A DNA stretch of 63,991 bases, the filler included, from Basidioascus undulatus (Eukaryota): the NCBI GenBank assembly GCA_000826855.1. It is 5 parts of 5 records of this genome, joined end to end, with 100 filler letters (N's around TTAATTAATTAA, not from the genome) between each part and the next. Parts side by side here need not be neighbours in the genome. Positions count along the whole stretch, not along the records: positions 51,629 to 63,991 come from JTLS01000913.1; 4 more parts are not named here. One strand, written 5' to 3'. The notes under the pieces are model-generated. The model saw nothing but the letters and a program-made list of their open reading frames with translations, had not been told where the DNA came from and ran no database searches. Of this stretch, positions 62,831 to 63,991 are shown piece after piece. Each line of letters begins with the position of its first letter. Position 1 is the first letter of the stretch. The position numbers and the translations under genes are program-made.

Positions 62831-63991
62831 TCGACAGCGGGGCGTGACGACAGCAGATTAACAATGTATTCACATTGGGTCGTACATGAGTAATTACCGA
62901 GTGTTGCTTGATTCGGGCCAAACAGTCAAGCAACGTCCAGTCGTCATCGTGGATGGAATCATAACACAATCCAAGCAAGAAAATGCGACCTCCCATTGAC
63001 AAAGTATCGCACAGTCCCCTTCGTATATGGCAGTCACAGTCAACAAGAAACGCTCGACTTCTGCATCCTGAAAATGACGGCAGCACACGCTCGGCTGCCA
63101 GCCTCCTTCATCGGCCCTCCTTCCCGATCCCCGAGCTTTTTCTTGATCTTCCCCCAGGATTTGGACAAGATTCCCCAACTATACACTCTCTGCAAACCAG
63201 ATTCTAGAACTCTATCCGCGTCTTCCCAGTTTCCCAAGTGCAGCAGGTCAGCCTCCAAGATCATGCAGCGCAAAGAGAAGGTCCAGGCCATCCTCATTGT
63301 GGCCGATACATCTGAGGTCCCAGAGGGGTTTACACTTTCAAAGTTTTTGGGACTGATGGGAAGCACCCCGAAAGGAAAAGGCGGATCGCCTCCCTTGGGC
63401 CTGCCCGCGGTCCTCTTCATGTCCCCGCAGCCGTGGCAACTCCCCAAACGTGCGTGCTCACCTCACATTGGCCACTCTGATCCGAACCCTCAAGCCATCA
63501 GGACTGATCCTCGTCCACGCCCTCTCCAGAGCCCTCGGCTGGCTGGTCCTCGCCCCCATCGCCATCCTCATTCCACGCTGCCACCGCTACATGCGACACC
63601 GCTGGGATGCGCCGTTTCGCTTCATTACGTTCTCAGACGCTCTTTAAAACAGCGGCCTGTTTGATTAGTAAGTGGATGGTTCAGGTTGCACAGAAACACC
63701 CACCTGTGCGGGACGCTCGTCCTCGTCTTGTATGGTTTCTCATGCGCCGTCGCTGGGGTGCAGCTTAGCAATCCGGCGGGGCATTTTGTTCGGACGCACC
63801 AAGTGCATCGTCGCTTTCCCTTTAGCTCCAAGGAAGCAGGGCGGTTGATTATTTTGGATCGTGCCATATGTGAAGCGCATCGGCCTCGCACTCGTCATCC
63901 TCCTCCTGCTCCAGATCGCCCTAGAGCACTTCGCGCACCTCTCGCGCGCCCGCTAACGACACATTACCTTCATGCCACAGCTACTTCTCCT

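Noticed and set aside
62982..63960. 222-aa ORF and neighbouring fragments at the right end
   Set aside because: Patchy coding-like stretches in shifting frames with no identifiable family; too weak to call.

Overview
Eukaryotic nuclear DNA from a GC-rich, intron-dense basidiomycete fungus. A Pucciniomycotina-type yeast is my inference from the many 55-95 nt introns with GTGCGT/GTGAGT/GTACGT donors, CTRAY-like branch sites and micro-exons. The window is five contigs joined by four artificial 100-nt spacers (N44-TTAATTAATTAA-N44), so adjacency across the spacers is unverified. All gene models were spliced by hand and all family calls are from motif recognition, not database searches. Housekeeping genes: RRB1, RSM25, ORC4, PSF2, a PRE5 3' end, VMS1, ATP1, a USP36/Ubp10-like deubiquitinase, an ATG11 fragment, a PRCC-like fragment and a CASTOR/ACT-domain gene. 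Secreted or surface genes: a BBE-like FAD oxidase, a GPI aspartic protease and a Kre9/Knh1-like GPI protein. Several decaying genes are also present (MFS transporter, Zn2Cys6 factor, F-box, SDR, TIM-barrel dehydratase). The best candidate for a new system is at 51.7-57.7 kb. About 33 introns splice into one uninterrupted reading frame that fuses an intact Upf1/DNA2-like SF1 helicase, two CCCH zinc fingers, a polyQ linker, ankyrin-like repeats and a ClpB-NBD2/Skd3-like AAA+ domain whose Walker A, sensor-1, Arg-finger and sensor-2 residues are all substituted. Other notable items: an orphan two-repeat protein with conserved intron positions and an intron-split start codon, twin homologous 73-nt introns around an 8-nt micro-exon, a GFA protein lacking its catalytic zinc ligands, and two gene-to-gene junctions that look like deletions or misjoins.
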